A DNA stretch of 64,000 nucleotides, taken from the NCBI RefSeq assembly GCF_009834535.1, contig NC_045698.1:9116001-9180000 (forward strand). Direction: 5' to 3'. The notes under the pieces are model-generated. The model ran no database searches and was not told the origin of the DNA. It saw nothing but the letters and a program-made list of their open reading frames with translations. Every line of letters begins with the position of its first letter. Position 1 is the first letter of the stretch. This DNA comes from Camelus ferus. Lineage: Eukaryota. The position numbers were made by a program, and so were the translations under genes. Below are positions 1 through 12,632 of the stretch, piece by piece.

Positions 1-1389
1 CTTAAAAATGTGCTACTCATGACACTGAGATGAAAAAAATATATATCAATGTTATTTTATTATTTAATAGTTAAGAAGTCTTTGTACATTTAAAGTATAA
101 AGCCAGCACATTAAAATACTTGATTTTTTTCATTGAATAAATGCCTCTTGAAAGAAAAAAAAAAAGAATTTAATGGTAATAGTGACACTCAAAAGCAAGG
201 CAACTGTGTTTTTAAACAGTACAGAAATGCAAAAATGTAAGAAAGGGTTGAGGCTGTTGGATTATTGGCCTGGAATAAAGTAGGGAAAGGTGAGTTTTTC
301 TCTCTTCAGGAGTTTGATACTAAATGTTTATGATGTGAAATTTGAGATTTCAGCCAAAGTGAATGAGAGAAGAGGTGGCTGTCTAATTCATGAAAAAGTT
401 TGACCAAGTTGTCTCCTGCTGTTGCCTGGGGACCTGGCTTCATGAAATGTGCAGCCCAAGGAAGATGGAAGGCAGAGAACAGCCTGCTATCAGGAATTGA
501 GTCTAACATACACAGGCCGAGTGACTGGATTTTAGATGTCATGACTGAAACTCGAAGATCTAATTCTGAATTAGGGCCCTTGGATCTCCCAGTGAATCCA
601 ACCTCAGGACATCATGCAAGAGTTAGGGAAGGATGACAAGATAAAAGAGACCAAAAGCAAGTACCTAGAAATGCACACAAGTTAAATGTGTAAGCATGTG
701 AATGGCATGAAGAAATATAAGAATCAGAAATTAGATTCACTCTGGAATATATGCAAACATTCTCAGATATACAGAGACACAAGTAGTATACACACCCACA
801 GTCACATCCACACACAAGGAAATATTAAAGAATAGATTTTACCAAGAAGAATATGGAAATAAGTAGAAAAAATAAGAATGAGCAAATGAATTCCCTAATG
901 CATGACAAAGTAATAAATTATTGACTTTGAAACATATATTTTTCAATAATTTTAAAAGGAAACGGACACTGTAGATTTCATTAAAAAGATATATTCGGGC
1001 TGTGGGTCTGAGGTTTTGTGGTGTTAGTCAAAGTAAACGAAAATAGGTAAATGGGAAAAGGGTAGAGATTTAGAAATACTTAAAACTTTTAGAAAGTATC
1101 CTAAAATATGAATTTTAAAAATGGTATGTAGACACTATAGGGATAAAATATGTTGTATTGCTCCTAAAACAGCAGAGGCAATGCTTTAGGGGAGAAGATT
1201 ATAGAAAGAAAGGTAACTTTGAGAAACTATGCAGTGAAAGGAAAAAGGAGAACATGGGGAATTTAGCTTCCTGGAAGAAGAAAAGATTACCAAAAAAAAC
1301 CCGAAACAGAACAAAACAAAAAGTATTCTTTTATGCTACCCTCCACGGTAACAAAAAACCGTGGAGGGTAACAAAAAACAGAAGTCCCC

Positions 1390-1935
1390 ATACTTTGCTA
1401 CACTGACAGCTCACGCTAAAGAGAAATCCCATAAATGAGCTGAAAGTACCTCCCCACAAACATCTTTCTAATTATGAAGGGGAAGATAGTAATTTACAGT
1501 GAAGAAAACTGGCACACACTTCTTCAACCAAGTGATTACAGTTAATGTCACCACTAATGAGGCCCATCCATATAAAGTACCCCCTAATCTAAGGCATTGA
1601 GAAGAACACAGAGTCTGTTCAGTGATGTTGATGCAAAAAATATATTACCTGAATCAAATCATGAAGGCAGATCAGAAAAATCTAACTGAAAGGGTATTTT
1701 ATATAAGATAATGGTGTCCTGTCTGCAACTCTGCAATGTGCTGCCAAATGATTCAGAAAAAATATAGAAGGCAGGACAGAGAGAGAGAAAGAGAGGAACA
1801 TAAGAGCATTCAAAACTTACAGCTAATACAGCAGAATCCTTGACAGTAGGGGATGTGGGTGAAATATACGTGTGCAAGAATTTTGTACTATTCTTGTAAC
1901 TATCCTTTAAGCTTGAAATTTCATCAAAATAATTG
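1390..1935 (+). mobile_element. Old L1 3'UTR fragment (L1MC4/L1MC5-like)
   Basis: Resembles L1MC-type 3'UTR blocks: 'ttacagtgaagaaaactggcacacacttcttcaaccaagtgattacagttaatgtcacc' and 'ttttgtactattcttgtaactatcctttaagcttgaaatttcatcaaaataa'. Boundaries approximate. Confidence 0.7.
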
Positions 1936-2199
1936 TTTTACTTTAAAAGAACAGTGTACAAGTGATGCTAGAAGTGTATCAACAATTATAAAGTTTTAAA
2001 AACTGTACAGTAAAATATTAAGACTGGAATTTAGTAAGATTCCTTAATGAACTCTTTTGAGGTAAAAATTAAAATAAAATGACAAGGAATGTAATAACTA
2101 AAGAATGAGAAGTATAAATTAAAAAAACACAAAACAAAAACAAACAAAAAAAGAATGGAAAGTAAAAAAAATGAAAAGAGGGAGTAATGCCACAAGAAT

Positions 2200-2550
2200 G
2201 CAAAATAACTATGGACTTGTAGGCATTAATATATACTCAAAAAGTGAAAGTACTAGAAGAATAATTCTATACAATATGTTATTGGTAGAATTAGCATATT
2301 TACATCTTCTTGAACCAGACAATTAGAAGATAAACCATTTTTTTTCCAAACATGAAGTGAATATTAAAAAAACCTGTTCATTGTCACAAAAATGTGTGAT
2401 AAATTAAAAAATGTAAATATAACACTGATTATAATTATATTTTCTAATCAAAATGAAATTAGTTTAAATATCAATGATCAAAGTTAGACAAGTCCTAGTA
2501 TGTTTAGAGATTTAAACTTACAATATTAAATACATTATTTTATGAATTTA
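2200..2550 (+). mobile_element. Highly decayed L1 ORF2 (endonuclease-end) fragment
   Basis: 'ttttctaatcaaaatgaaattagtttaaatatcaat' resembles the ORF2 FSDHNxIKLEIN motif; A-rich sense strand. Confidence 0.5.
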
Positions 2551-4242
2551 CTCTGTATTCACATTAAGGTTATTCAAATAATTTACAAAAATAAAATATT
2601 ATAGGCCCCCTTATTTATAAATTTAAGCATAAATATTTTGAGTTAATTATAAACTTGCCAGTTGGGAAAATAACATATATAGTTAGTACTTTAAAATCCA
2701 TCACTAATATCCAGTTTCTGGTCTAACATGTAAAGTCACCACTCCCATCCTCACAACAAGGAAAAAGTTGAAAAACCTGAAAATCAACAACTCTTCTTAA
2801 ATGATCAGAGAATTTAAGTCACAGGGCAAACCTCGTAAACTGAAGATACAGGCAGAAAAAGAGAAGGATTGTTTACTGGGAGAAGAAACCATCATTAGGG
2901 CCAAGACTGAATAGCAATATTTATAGGATAATTGATTAATTGCTGTAGGATAAACATGAGCAAGCTTGAGAGGTTAAGAACTCCTGGAGGAATAACAGCC
3001 TTTTGGGGGTCCCCACATTTTCATAAGCCTGACTCTCAAAATTCTTACCAGATGACAATGGTAAGAATTAGAGAAAAATCCCCACATGCTTTCAGCAGAA
3101 AAAGAGAAAAAGTAACCATTTAGACATATGCTTAGAGTGTTTTATGCTTCTTAACAAGGATCTGACCTCAATGGAAACTATAATGCCAAATAACTGACAT
3201 AAGTTAGCTCATATGCAGGGGGAGACCACTCAGTTCCAGCCCCCTTGAGTCTTTCCATCTCACATAAGAGTTTAAAAAAATAAAGAAAAAACTTGAGAAG
3301 CAATTGTGAAGGTCACAAATGGTGGTACAGTGGCTCACTACAGATAGAGAACTAATCATGGGATTATAGAAGGCATCTTCTGTCCTGCATTTTACCACAC
3401 CATCAACAGAGATCCTGTAAAAATACAGAGTATTATGGCTGAGAAAAGGTTCTGAACCTGTATAAGAAGGAGTCATCAGGAAAACCCCAAGATTTCGGGG
3501 GAAACAAAAAGGAGACTGGAGAAATTGAAGCCTCTGATATCTACAGGTACAGTAAGTAATAAATACAGCCTAACTCCTAGCCAGATAAACATAAAGCCTC
3601 ACACCAAAGGCCAGCTTACCTCAGTGTCTTTTCCTCAATACCTTAAGTACAGCTGTCAAAAATCAAGGCATATTCAAAGGCAGAAATTACCAAAAAAGTT
3701 GAAGAGACAATACAAATAGCAGAAGCAGACTGAGACATGGCAGAATTTTTGGAAATATCAGACCAGGAGTATAAAATATCTATGAGTGATATACTTAGAA
3801 CACTAATGGAAAAAGTGGACAACGTGCAAGAACAAATGGGTAATATAAGCAGGGAGATGGAAATGGTAAGAAATAATCTAAATAAAATGTTAGAAATAAA
3901 AACACTGTAACAGAAAGGAGAAGCAATTTCTATGGACCCATCAGTAGACTGTACACAGCTAAGAAAAGAATGCGATATTGAAAACATATTAATAGAAACT
4001 TCTCAACCTTAAAAACAAAAAAAGATAAAAGGCTGGACAAAATGGGACAGAATACCTAAGAAACTTGGGGCAATTACAAAAGGTGTGATACACAAATAAT
4101 GAGTATAGCAGAAGGAGAAGAAAGAAAATAAGGGAAAAAAACCCAAATATTTGAAGTAATACAGACCGAGAAATCCCCATAATTATTGGCAGACACCAAA
4201 CTATAAATCCAGGAAACTTACAGAACTCCTAGCAGGATGAAT

Positions 4243-4289
4243 ACCAAAACCAAACCAAACCAAACCAAACCAAACCAAAACAAAAACCC
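4243..4289 (+). repeat. (CAAAC)n pentanucleotide microsatellite inside L1 ORF1
   Basis: accaaaaccaaaccaaaccaaaccaaaccaaaccaaaacaaaaacc. Confidence 0.95.
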
Positions 4290-5511
4290 AACAGCTAGGC
4301 CTATCACATACAAAATATAGAAAATCAAAACCAAACATAAACTCTTCAAAGAAGCCAGTGGTGGAGGAAACACCTGCCTTATAGAGGAACAAAGATAAGA
4401 ATTATATCTGACTTTTCTAGAACCCATGTAAGCAAGAATGGAATGGAGTTAAATAAATAAACTGTTAAAATGAATTTTTTTAAAAAAACTTCAAAATCTA
4501 GAACTCTTAATCCAGCAAAAATATCCTCAAAAGTAAAGGAGAAATAATGACTCAAAAATAATTGAAGAAAATTGTTGACAGCAGATCTATTTTACAAGAA
4601 ATGGCCAAAGGTTTTATAGAGAAAAGGAAAATGATAGAAGTCAGAAACTCAGATTCACATCAAGAAAGCAAGAGTGTTCAAGAAGGAATAAATATTTTTT
4701 CTTTTTCTTACTATAACATATAAGTTTATTCAAAATAATAATAGCAACAATGTAAGCAATGATTATGACTTATGAATAATTGAAATAAATGGTGGCAATG
4801 ATATAAGGGACAGGAGGGGAGAATTAGGAACATTTTGTTATAGAGTAGTGCACTACCTGTGAGATAGCATGGTGGCAATTAAAAGTGGACTTATATTAGT
4901 TGTAAATATATATTGAAAACTTTAGGGCAACTAATAAAAAAGTTTTTTTTAAAGGTATATAATTGGTATATTAATAAAAGAGAAAAAAATGGAATCAGTA
5001 AAATGCTCAATTAAAACCACTAAAGGCAAAAAAAAAGTGAAAAACAAAAAAGGAACAAAGAATAAAGATAAGTATTAGAAAACATGAATGAAAATGGTAG
5101 ATATCAATCAAACTATATCAATAATCACATGTGTTAGAATGGCTAAGATCTAAAATACATACAAGACTAAATGCTGGTGAAGGTGTGGAGCGATATGAAC
5201 TCTCAGTGCTGGTTGGATTCGAAATAGTACCCACTTCACACTTTGTCACTATGGAAGACAGTCTGGCAGTTTCTTACAAAGCCAAATCTCAATTTACCAT
5301 ACAATTCTCTGATCATTTTCCTAGCTATTTACCCAAATGTATTGAAAATAGACGTCCACACAAAAACTTGCATCTGAATATTTGTAACATCTTTACATAT
5401 AATAGCCAAAAATTAGAAGCAACCACGATATCCTTCAATAGGTAAGTGTATGAAAATAAAAATGAGCTATCAAGCCATGTACAGACATTGCAGAAACTTA
5501 AATGTATTTGC

Positions 5512-5873
5512 TGTATTAGTTTGTTAGGGCTGCTTTAACAAAGTATCACAGATTGAAAATATATTTTTCACAACACTGAGGGTGGGAATCCAAAATCAAG
5601 GTGCCAGCAGGTTTGGTTTCTCCTCAGGTGTCTCTCCTTGGCTTGCAGACGGCTGTCTTCTCTCCGTGTCCTAACTTTCTCTCTGCTTGCACATCCTTGG
5701 TGTTTCCTCCTTCTTATAAGGACACCAGTCGTATTGGTGTATTGATTGAGGCTGCATCCTCATGACCTCATTTAACCTTAATACCTCTTCAAAGGCCATG
5801 TCTGCTAATACAGTCACATTGGTAGTTAGGGCTTCAGTGTAAGAAATCTGGGGGACACACATCAGTCCATACA
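5512..5873 (-). mobile_element. MaLR solo LTR (MLT1A-like) nested in the L1 3'UTR
   Basis: 'tgtattagtttgttagggctgctttaacaaagtatcacaga...ggggacacacatcagtccataca' with TG..CA termini. L1 sequence resumes on both sides. Confidence 0.9.
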
Positions 5874-6539
5874 GCTGCTGAGTGAAAGTCCAGGCTAAAA
5901 CGGCTACACACTGTGTGCTTCCAACTATATAATATTCTGGGAAATGCAAAATGATGGATGCGGTAACAGGATTGGTGTTTGGTGGGTGGGTGCAGGTGGA
6001 AGGAATGGGGTGAGTCTGTGGAGCACAAGTCATTGCTGAAGCAGTAAAATGCTTCCCTATCAATCTGTGCAGGTACATACATGATATTATACATTTGTCA
6101 ATACCTACAGAATGTACACCACCAAGAAGGAACTGCAATGTAAACTCTGGACCTCAGCTAATAATACTGTATCTGTATTGGTTCCTCAGCGGTTGCAAAC
6201 GTATCACATAATGCAGTGTTAATTACAGAAGAAACTACATGGAGGGTAGGAACTCTGGGTACATCTGTGTAATATTTCTGTAAAACTAAACCTGAACAAA
6301 TTAAATCTACTAGTGGAAAAAAAATTAATGAAAATGAAATTTTCATGTGAGAAATGCAATAACGTTCACTTAAAATAGTCTAAATGAGGAAAAACACTAC
6401 TTAGCTAGTCTCACCCTACACGTAAAACAAATTGTAAGCAGTAACTAATAATTCATGATGAAGTTTTAATTGCAAACAGAAAAGAAATATTATTAACCCA
6501 ATAATCATTTTCTATGTACAACCCTTAACAAACACCATC

Positions 6540-6850
6540 CACTTTGGTGCATATTTCACGTCATTCCTGTCGGATCCATAAACCATCATTTGTGTACTCT
6601 GACCACTTCTATTCACTATTATATTGGAGGTGACAATCAATGCAATGAGTTTAGAGTTTTCAAATAAAAATGGAATTTGTTAAGAAAATTTATGATTCAA
6701 GAAAATATTGTCTACCTACTAAACACTGGTGGGCATACAAACTATAAGAAATAGCAAAATGATCAGCATTAAAATTAAAAAAAAGTCAATAGCATTATTG
6801 GATATCAATAAGAAAACATAGGAGAAAAATATAATAGATGCTAGGAAAGG
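6540..6850 (+). mobile_element. Decayed L1 ORF2 reverse-transcriptase fragment
   Basis: 'ctattcactattatattggaggtgacaatcaatgcaatgag' resembles LFNIVLEVLAxAIR; 'atagcaaaatgatcagcattaaaattaaaaaaaagtcaatagcatt' resembles SKVAGYKINxQKSxAF. Confidence 0.55.
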
Positions 6851-6916
6851 AAATAGGTAACCAATTTAACAAAAAATTATCTTCAGGGTTCTTGCTACAT
6901 ACACACACACACACGT

Positions 6917-7050
6917 AACTATGAGGTGATGGATGGATGTTTAACTTGATTGTGGTAATTATTTCATGATGTGTATGCATATCAAAACATCTCATTGTAC
7001 ATTTTAATTACATACAAATTTTAGTTGTCAGTTATACCTCAATAAAACTT
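6917..7050 (+). mobile_element. L1MA-type 3' end fragment, preceded by a short (AC)n
   Basis: 'taactatgaggtgatggatg...ttgattgtggtaattatttcatgatgtgtatgcatatcaaaacatc...ttatacctcaataaa'. Confidence 0.8.
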
Positions 7051-8756
7051 TTTATAAAGTCCCACTGAATGCCTAAATGGTATCTCTTGAATGACATTTG
7101 GAAGAAACTGACTGACATCCCAATGGTGGAGCTCACGGACTTTTGAAGGTCAAAGCAAGACTGCCTACTATTCTAGTAAATGAATGCAATGGGATAGATT
7201 TTGATGCTTCTATGTGTATTTGTGTACACACATAATTTTTAAACAGAAAATGTGTCAGTAGTATTGGAATCTAAATTTAACACAATTTGAAAATAATTAA
7301 GTTGGATGATTTCAATTTAAATTTGTTTTCTCTATATACAGAATCTGGTATAGTATGTTTTGCACAGAACAAGAATAGGTAACGAGAAAGTATGACTTTG
7401 TGAATATTTATTTTCATTTAGTTTCTCTTTATATTAAGTTAAATAAGTGATGTTAAGAAATATACACAAAGAAAATTAATTTAGTGGCCTTCTCCTTTTA
7501 ATTTTTCTACTTTTTGTTCTTAATTTAGGGCCAATGTATACAATTATACTATGTCTCCCAGTGCTTTGTGTGTTCTCAAAGAGAACTAAAAGGTTCTATC
7601 CAAATTTAAGGGATTTTAGATATGATTTTAAGAAAGTAGCCTTATTATCCATCTCCATGTTTATTCACATACATATGCTTTTGCATTGCCCTCAGTTACT
7701 CCATTTCAGGGTTATGGGGGAAAATGAAAAGAAATCACGGTTTAATTTTTACCACCTTGAAACTACATTTTCCCTGGACATTTTGATAATGATCCTCAAA
7801 GAGAGATTCAAGATTACATCATTTATTTTTATATTTTCTGGGGAAAATAAGAATGTGTCTACTTTAGCCCACTGTTCATGAATTTCTCTACGTCTATTTG
7901 CTAAAATCTCAAACACAGTAAAACAGAATTGACCTATTTCTCTAGCTTTTATTACTCCTTGCCTCCCAAAGAAACAGCAATAACAAGCTATGTATGTGCC
8001 TGGGGAATGTGAAAATGATGTCAGTGATCAGCCTTCCATTGTCTTTTTTTTGACTAAGCTGAAATCCAAATGGGAAGAGAGCACATTATATTACCATATA
8101 ATTTAACATGACAAAGGCAAAAGATCTGAAACTGGAAATGGGAACATTGATTGACCTTTAAATAAAACTCTCTGGCTATGTTTCTATCCATAAGGCTCAT
8201 ACTGACAGGATAGATCCTGAAACACTATCAGCTTAAGATACTGGAGTTAAGATATAATAAATACCATTTTATGAAACTGTAAATATAACACTCAACTTGG
8301 TTAAAGATGTGATTCATGAGTCACAGTTTAATTATTTCCACCTTTATTGTTTAATCAATATCCACTTCACCTCTTATCGCTGGAGGCAGAGATAAAACCA
8401 ACACATTAAAACATTACTGTGATATTGGAATGTATTTATTGAGAATTATTTCAATAAACTTTCGATAGCTTATCTCTTTTCTACATTTATTAAAATGCTG
8501 TCAGAGGATTACACTTTTGACTGAGTGAAACATAACAAGAAATCTGTTTTTGGGTGTGAGATGATACTTATTTTTGGAAGGGGCTATTTAGGATCAGGCT
8601 ATCAGGTAAAATTTGCCTTTATTTACCTAGATAGCATTACATTCATTTGGAAGGCAATTCTCATTTTTAAGGATCTGCCTCATAAAAAAGTAAAAGGCAT
8701 TTAACTATGATGAAAGACTAGACTATTTTCTCATGAGAGTCCATGTAGTTTCAGAT

Positions 8757-8836
8757 TGAATTTTAAGATAATCAAATCACTGAATGTGCTTTAACATGAA
8801 TTTTAAGATAATCAAATCTCTGAATGTGCTTTAACA
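8757..8836. repeat. Tandem duplication, 2 x 40 bp with 1 mismatch
   Basis: tgaattttaagataatcaaatc(a/t)ctgaatgtgctttaaca at 8757-8796 and 8797-8836. Confidence 0.97.
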
Positions 8837-9539
8837 GTCGATCGGTGAAGCACTGCAGGATCTCAGGTGTATTTCAAGAACTTTGAACCCAACAAGCTAC
8901 TAAGTATCCTCATCAGTAACTTCCTCTAAAGAATCCCAAGGTATATTATACCATCGGAGTATAAATGCTTAAAGTAGAGCTTGTCACACATTTGACTAAA
9001 GAAGAAGTTCTAAGTCTTTCTGAATTTACAGCAAAGCTTGTCACATGGCAGCACCATTCACTTTTAGTGAGTCTCTCACATCTCTGACTTCTGTCTTTGA
9101 TACTGTTTATTTTGATCTTGCCTTTTGTCTTCTGTTGAGCATCTCCATTCTTTGTCCTGATGGCTTCCTTCTGTTATCATCTGTCAGGAGGATGGGAAAT
9201 GATATTTCAGCGCAAGGCACTGAGGGGATGTATAATTCATTTAGAAAGTCTTGATGTCAGAAGTACTTTAAGAATCACATTAAATGATTTACCCAAGCAA
9301 AATTTGAGCCAAAGCAGGATGCCCTTTAAGATAAAATAGCTGACTATGACCATCATCTATGGGGCAAACATGGTACCTTTAATATAATTATAAAAATTAT
9401 AGAAATGAAATTTATTAAATTTAAATACTTTCTTAGATTTCAATTTTGACAATAAAATCATTACAGCACAATATTTCTAAGAGGAAATACCAAATCTAAA
9501 TCAAAAATAATACTAATTTCTTCTTAATTTCTATATTGT

Positions 9540-9800
9540 TTCCTTCCTCCCTTCCCTCCTTTTTCCTTCCTTCCTTCCTTTCTTTCTCTTCTTTCATCCA
9601 AAATTTACTGAATGCTTACTGCATGCCAGATACTGTTTTAGATACATAAGTAAATCATAATTCTAGCCATAATTATAATAATAAAAGATTTCTGCCAAGT
9701 GTAGCTTATATTCAGTTTGGAATAGTCAGAAAAAAAATCTATAATAAATTTTAAATGGCATGATATATTAGAAGATGATATGTGCTACTGAAAAATAGGA
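9540..9800 (-). mobile_element. L2 3' end with CT-rich (TTCC)n tail
   Basis: 'ttcatccaaaatttactgaatgcttactgcatgccagatactgttttag' matches the reverse-complemented L2 tail. Confidence 0.75.
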
Positions 9801-9859
9801 AAATTTAAAAGGATTATCAATTATTTATAATCAGAGTAAATACTTTTGAAATGTGAAAA

Positions 9860-9990
9860 TAATCCAAGAATAGTGGAACAGGATAGATATAATTGTATGA
9901 TCATCTTCCATAGACAGAGAAAAATATTTTACCACAATTCAATGCCTTTTAAAGATATAATGAAAATAATTCTCTTCGTAAAGTAGAGAG
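9860..9990 (+). mobile_element. Decayed L1 ORF2 RT fragment
   Basis: 'tatgatcatcttccatagacagagaaaaatattttaccacaattcaatgcctttt' resembles HMIISIDAEKAFDKIQHPF. Confidence 0.55.
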
Positions 9991-10039
9991 AGACTTGTTT
10001 AGAGATTTTATGAAATGGTCAAGGGACAGCGAGTAATTT

Positions 10040-10360
10040 ATTTATTTTGATGGATACTGGAATTCAGGGAAACATCTGATTATAAATTTTGAAAGCATCA
10101 GCAGTGAGATGATACTTAAAACCATGAGACTGGATGAGTTCATGTAGAAAAGTGAGTGTAGACAGAGATTTTGGAAGACAGATCCTGTGAGGTTGAAAAG
10201 ATAAGGAGAAAAATGTCAAAGTAGGCTAACAAGTCTAGTTAAATTGGAGAAAAAAAGCCAAGGAGAGTATGTTTACTACTGTCCAATGAAACACTGGTTA
10301 AGTTGAGAAAAAACTTTGTTAAATGATGTTAGCAAATCATGTAATATAGTACTGAGAAAT
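10040..10360 (-). mobile_element. L2 internal fragment
   Basis: 'tataaattttgaaagcatcagcagtgagatgatacttaaaaccatgagactggatgag...gagtgtagacagaga' is a typical L2 block. Confidence 0.7.
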
Positions 10361-11616
10361 AAATTAAAAATAAATTGGAAGAAGATAAAACATAAAACAT
10401 TGCATAATTTATTTGAAAATCACTCTAAGAAATTATATTCCTCCTCACATGGTCACGTCTCATAGATGGAGAAAGTAAGTTTCCATAATTCAATACCCAT
10501 TAAAGATAAAAAGGGTCAGTTACACCGAGGTGTATAGTAATCCTTTATTTTCCTATTGTTTCAATACCATGAAGACACCAAATTGGCCAGATGTCACACT
10601 GAATTTATGGAATCATTGTGAACTTTGAAAGAAAAATATCAAAACCGATCAAATGGTGGGTAGGTAAGGAAAATTTTTAAATGAGGGTATTTTAGACTTA
10701 CTAATAATAGGATCCATTCACACTTGGGACCCCTTATTTTTATCATACTTCACATTTTTATTGTTAATCTGACTGATTTTCTGGGTTTATTAAGCCATGA
10801 AGATGAGTTTCTGCTATTTTCAAAGCCTAGAAAAGTAGTGAGGATAACTTGGAACATTCCAAACTTATGTTTTCTCCAAATTTGCCTGTATATTGTTGGC
10901 TACTATAATTTTATATTATTGGCTACTATAATGTTTAGCATCATCCTTTATTAAAAAATAAATATTCAAATATAGCTTTGCTATTCTGTGACATTTTTCT
11001 TCTTCAAATTACTGAGTTTTAATTAGATTAGTAGCCTAAAATGAGAATTTTGATTCCTATAAAAATTTCCTACACGTATCTAATAGGGTATTCTGACTAA
11101 AATGGCAAGATTAGAAAAAATAATTTAATATTGAAATTTTTTGAGTCTACCTTCATTTTTAAATTTGCATTTATACAATATAAACTAGTTTTTTGTTTAC
11201 TTCAAGTTGATTCTTGGTGATGTAGCCAACATTTTCTCGGTACACTGTCTCATAACAATCATTAAACCTTCAAAGGCGAATTTATTTTTTATTTCACATT
11301 TACTGTGTTTTCAAAATGTAAGATCTGGTTTTATTAGTAAACATTTCATTTAAAGCAGTGTATTTTAATAAATTATCCCTCTGTTCTTTCCTTTTAGTGC
11401 ATGATTGCATAAAATATACATTAAGATGTGGTCTCTAATTTTTATACTCTTTGAAACAGGAATATTTGCCTTTTTTAAGAAGGTAAAATTTATAACAATC
11501 ATCTATTTTAATATTTCCACGTAGCTTCAAGTTTGGAAAGTGAAGATTTTTATCATGTTTTTAAGGATTTTTACAAGCTGACCATGCTTTCTCAGTTTGC
11601 TTTTTGACAGTTACTA

Positions 11617-11923
11617 TGTTGCCACAAAACCGACTTCTGTACCCTGAAAGCCAGATTGAGACTCAGAGTTAGAGTTTTTGGAGAAAGAGAACAGCTTTAT
11701 TGCTTTGCCAGACAAAGGGGAGTTAATGTCTTAAAGACTGTGTATCTGTCTGGGGGTGTGGTCTTGAGGTTTTATAGAAAAACTGGATGGATCCAAAAAG
11801 GTGATAAAAGTCAGTGCATTTTACAGGATGCTAGTACATTCCTCTTAACCTCCCCATCTCGGGGAACTGCAGAGGGTCTGTGCATTCTCCTGAGATTATC
11901 AGCCTGCTTCTCCAAACTAGACC
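11617..11923 (-). mobile_element. ERV1-type LTR, 3' (TATA/R/U5) portion only
   Basis: Starts tgttgcc (reverse complement of an LTR 3' end). Minus-strand poly(A) signal (tttatt, 11696-11701) and TATA (ttttata, 11770-11776). Homologous to 12140-12436 in inverted orientation. Confidence 0.9.
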
Positions 11924-12436
11924 TGTGAATTTAATTATTTGCACCCCGTATTGAGGTTTTGAAGGAGTAAGAAAGGAACTAAACCTCCCTGATGCTAAAA
12001 CAGCTTGCTGATTCTGACTGAGAAATCCTGCATTTGCTTTCTCTCCCTCACTGCTTTTGTGCTAAGCAACCCCACACTTCTCCCTCACGTTCTTTATAAT
12101 AGCTTTAACCCAGAGGCTGCGCTCCAGGAAGAAGGTACTGGGTTGATAATCTCAGAATGGACAGACCCTCTGCGGTTCCCCATGACTCCAAGGTTAAGGG
12201 GAATGTAGCAGCAGCTTGTAAAGCTCCCTGACTGTTACCAACTTTTCTGTTCCATCCAGTTTTTCTATAAAACCTCAAGACCCCACCCGCAAGATGGATT
12301 CACAGTCTCCAAGACATGAGCCTTCTATGACTCCCCTTTGCCTGGCAAAGCAATAAAGCTGTTCTTTTTCTCCCGAAACTCTGCCTCTGAGTCTCAGTCT
12401 GGCTTTTGGGGTGCAGAGGTCGGTTTTGCGGCAACA
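11924..12436 (+). mobile_element. ERV1-type solo LTR, apparently complete (513 bp)
   Basis: TG(tgaat)...(gcaa)CA termini, TATAAAA at 12266-12272, AATAAA at 12352-12357. Confidence 0.85.
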
Positions 12437-12444
12437 GTTTCACA

Positions 12445-12560
12445 GTATACAGATGGACATCAATACCTCACAAGAGAGCTGTAAACATTTGTGGGGGAAA
12501 AAGTACGTTGAGAACTTGGCACAGTACGTGGCAACAATAATCACTTGCTGAATAATGGCA
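12445..12560 (+). mobile_element. MIR 3' fragment
   Basis: 'aatacctcacaagagagctgt...gagaacttggcacagtacgtggcaacaataatcacttg' resembles the MIR tail. Confidence 0.5.
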
Positions 12561-12632
12561 ATTTTTAAACGAACATTTAAAGTTTTAATTGAAGGATTTA
12601 CACTGATTATCACATCTTTTGAAGTTTGTAAT

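Larger units (their letters stand above)
2708..6325 (+). mobile_element. L1MC-like LINE-1 with 5'UTR, decayed ORF1, internally deleted ORF2 and 3'UTR, interrupted by an MLT1A LTR
   Basis: ORF1-like coiled-coil peptide at 3737-3910 (MAEFLEISDQEYKISMSDILRTLMEKVDNVQEQMGNISREMEMVRNNLNKMLEIK). ORF2 start MVDINQTISIIT at 5094 is joined directly to the C-terminal VRMAKI. L1MC1/2-type 3'UTR runs to ~6325. Confidence 0.85.

Noticed and set aside
5671..6138. Longest ORF in the track (155 aa, minus strand)
   Set aside because: It spans antisense L1 3'UTR and an MLT1A LTR, so it is a chance ORF.
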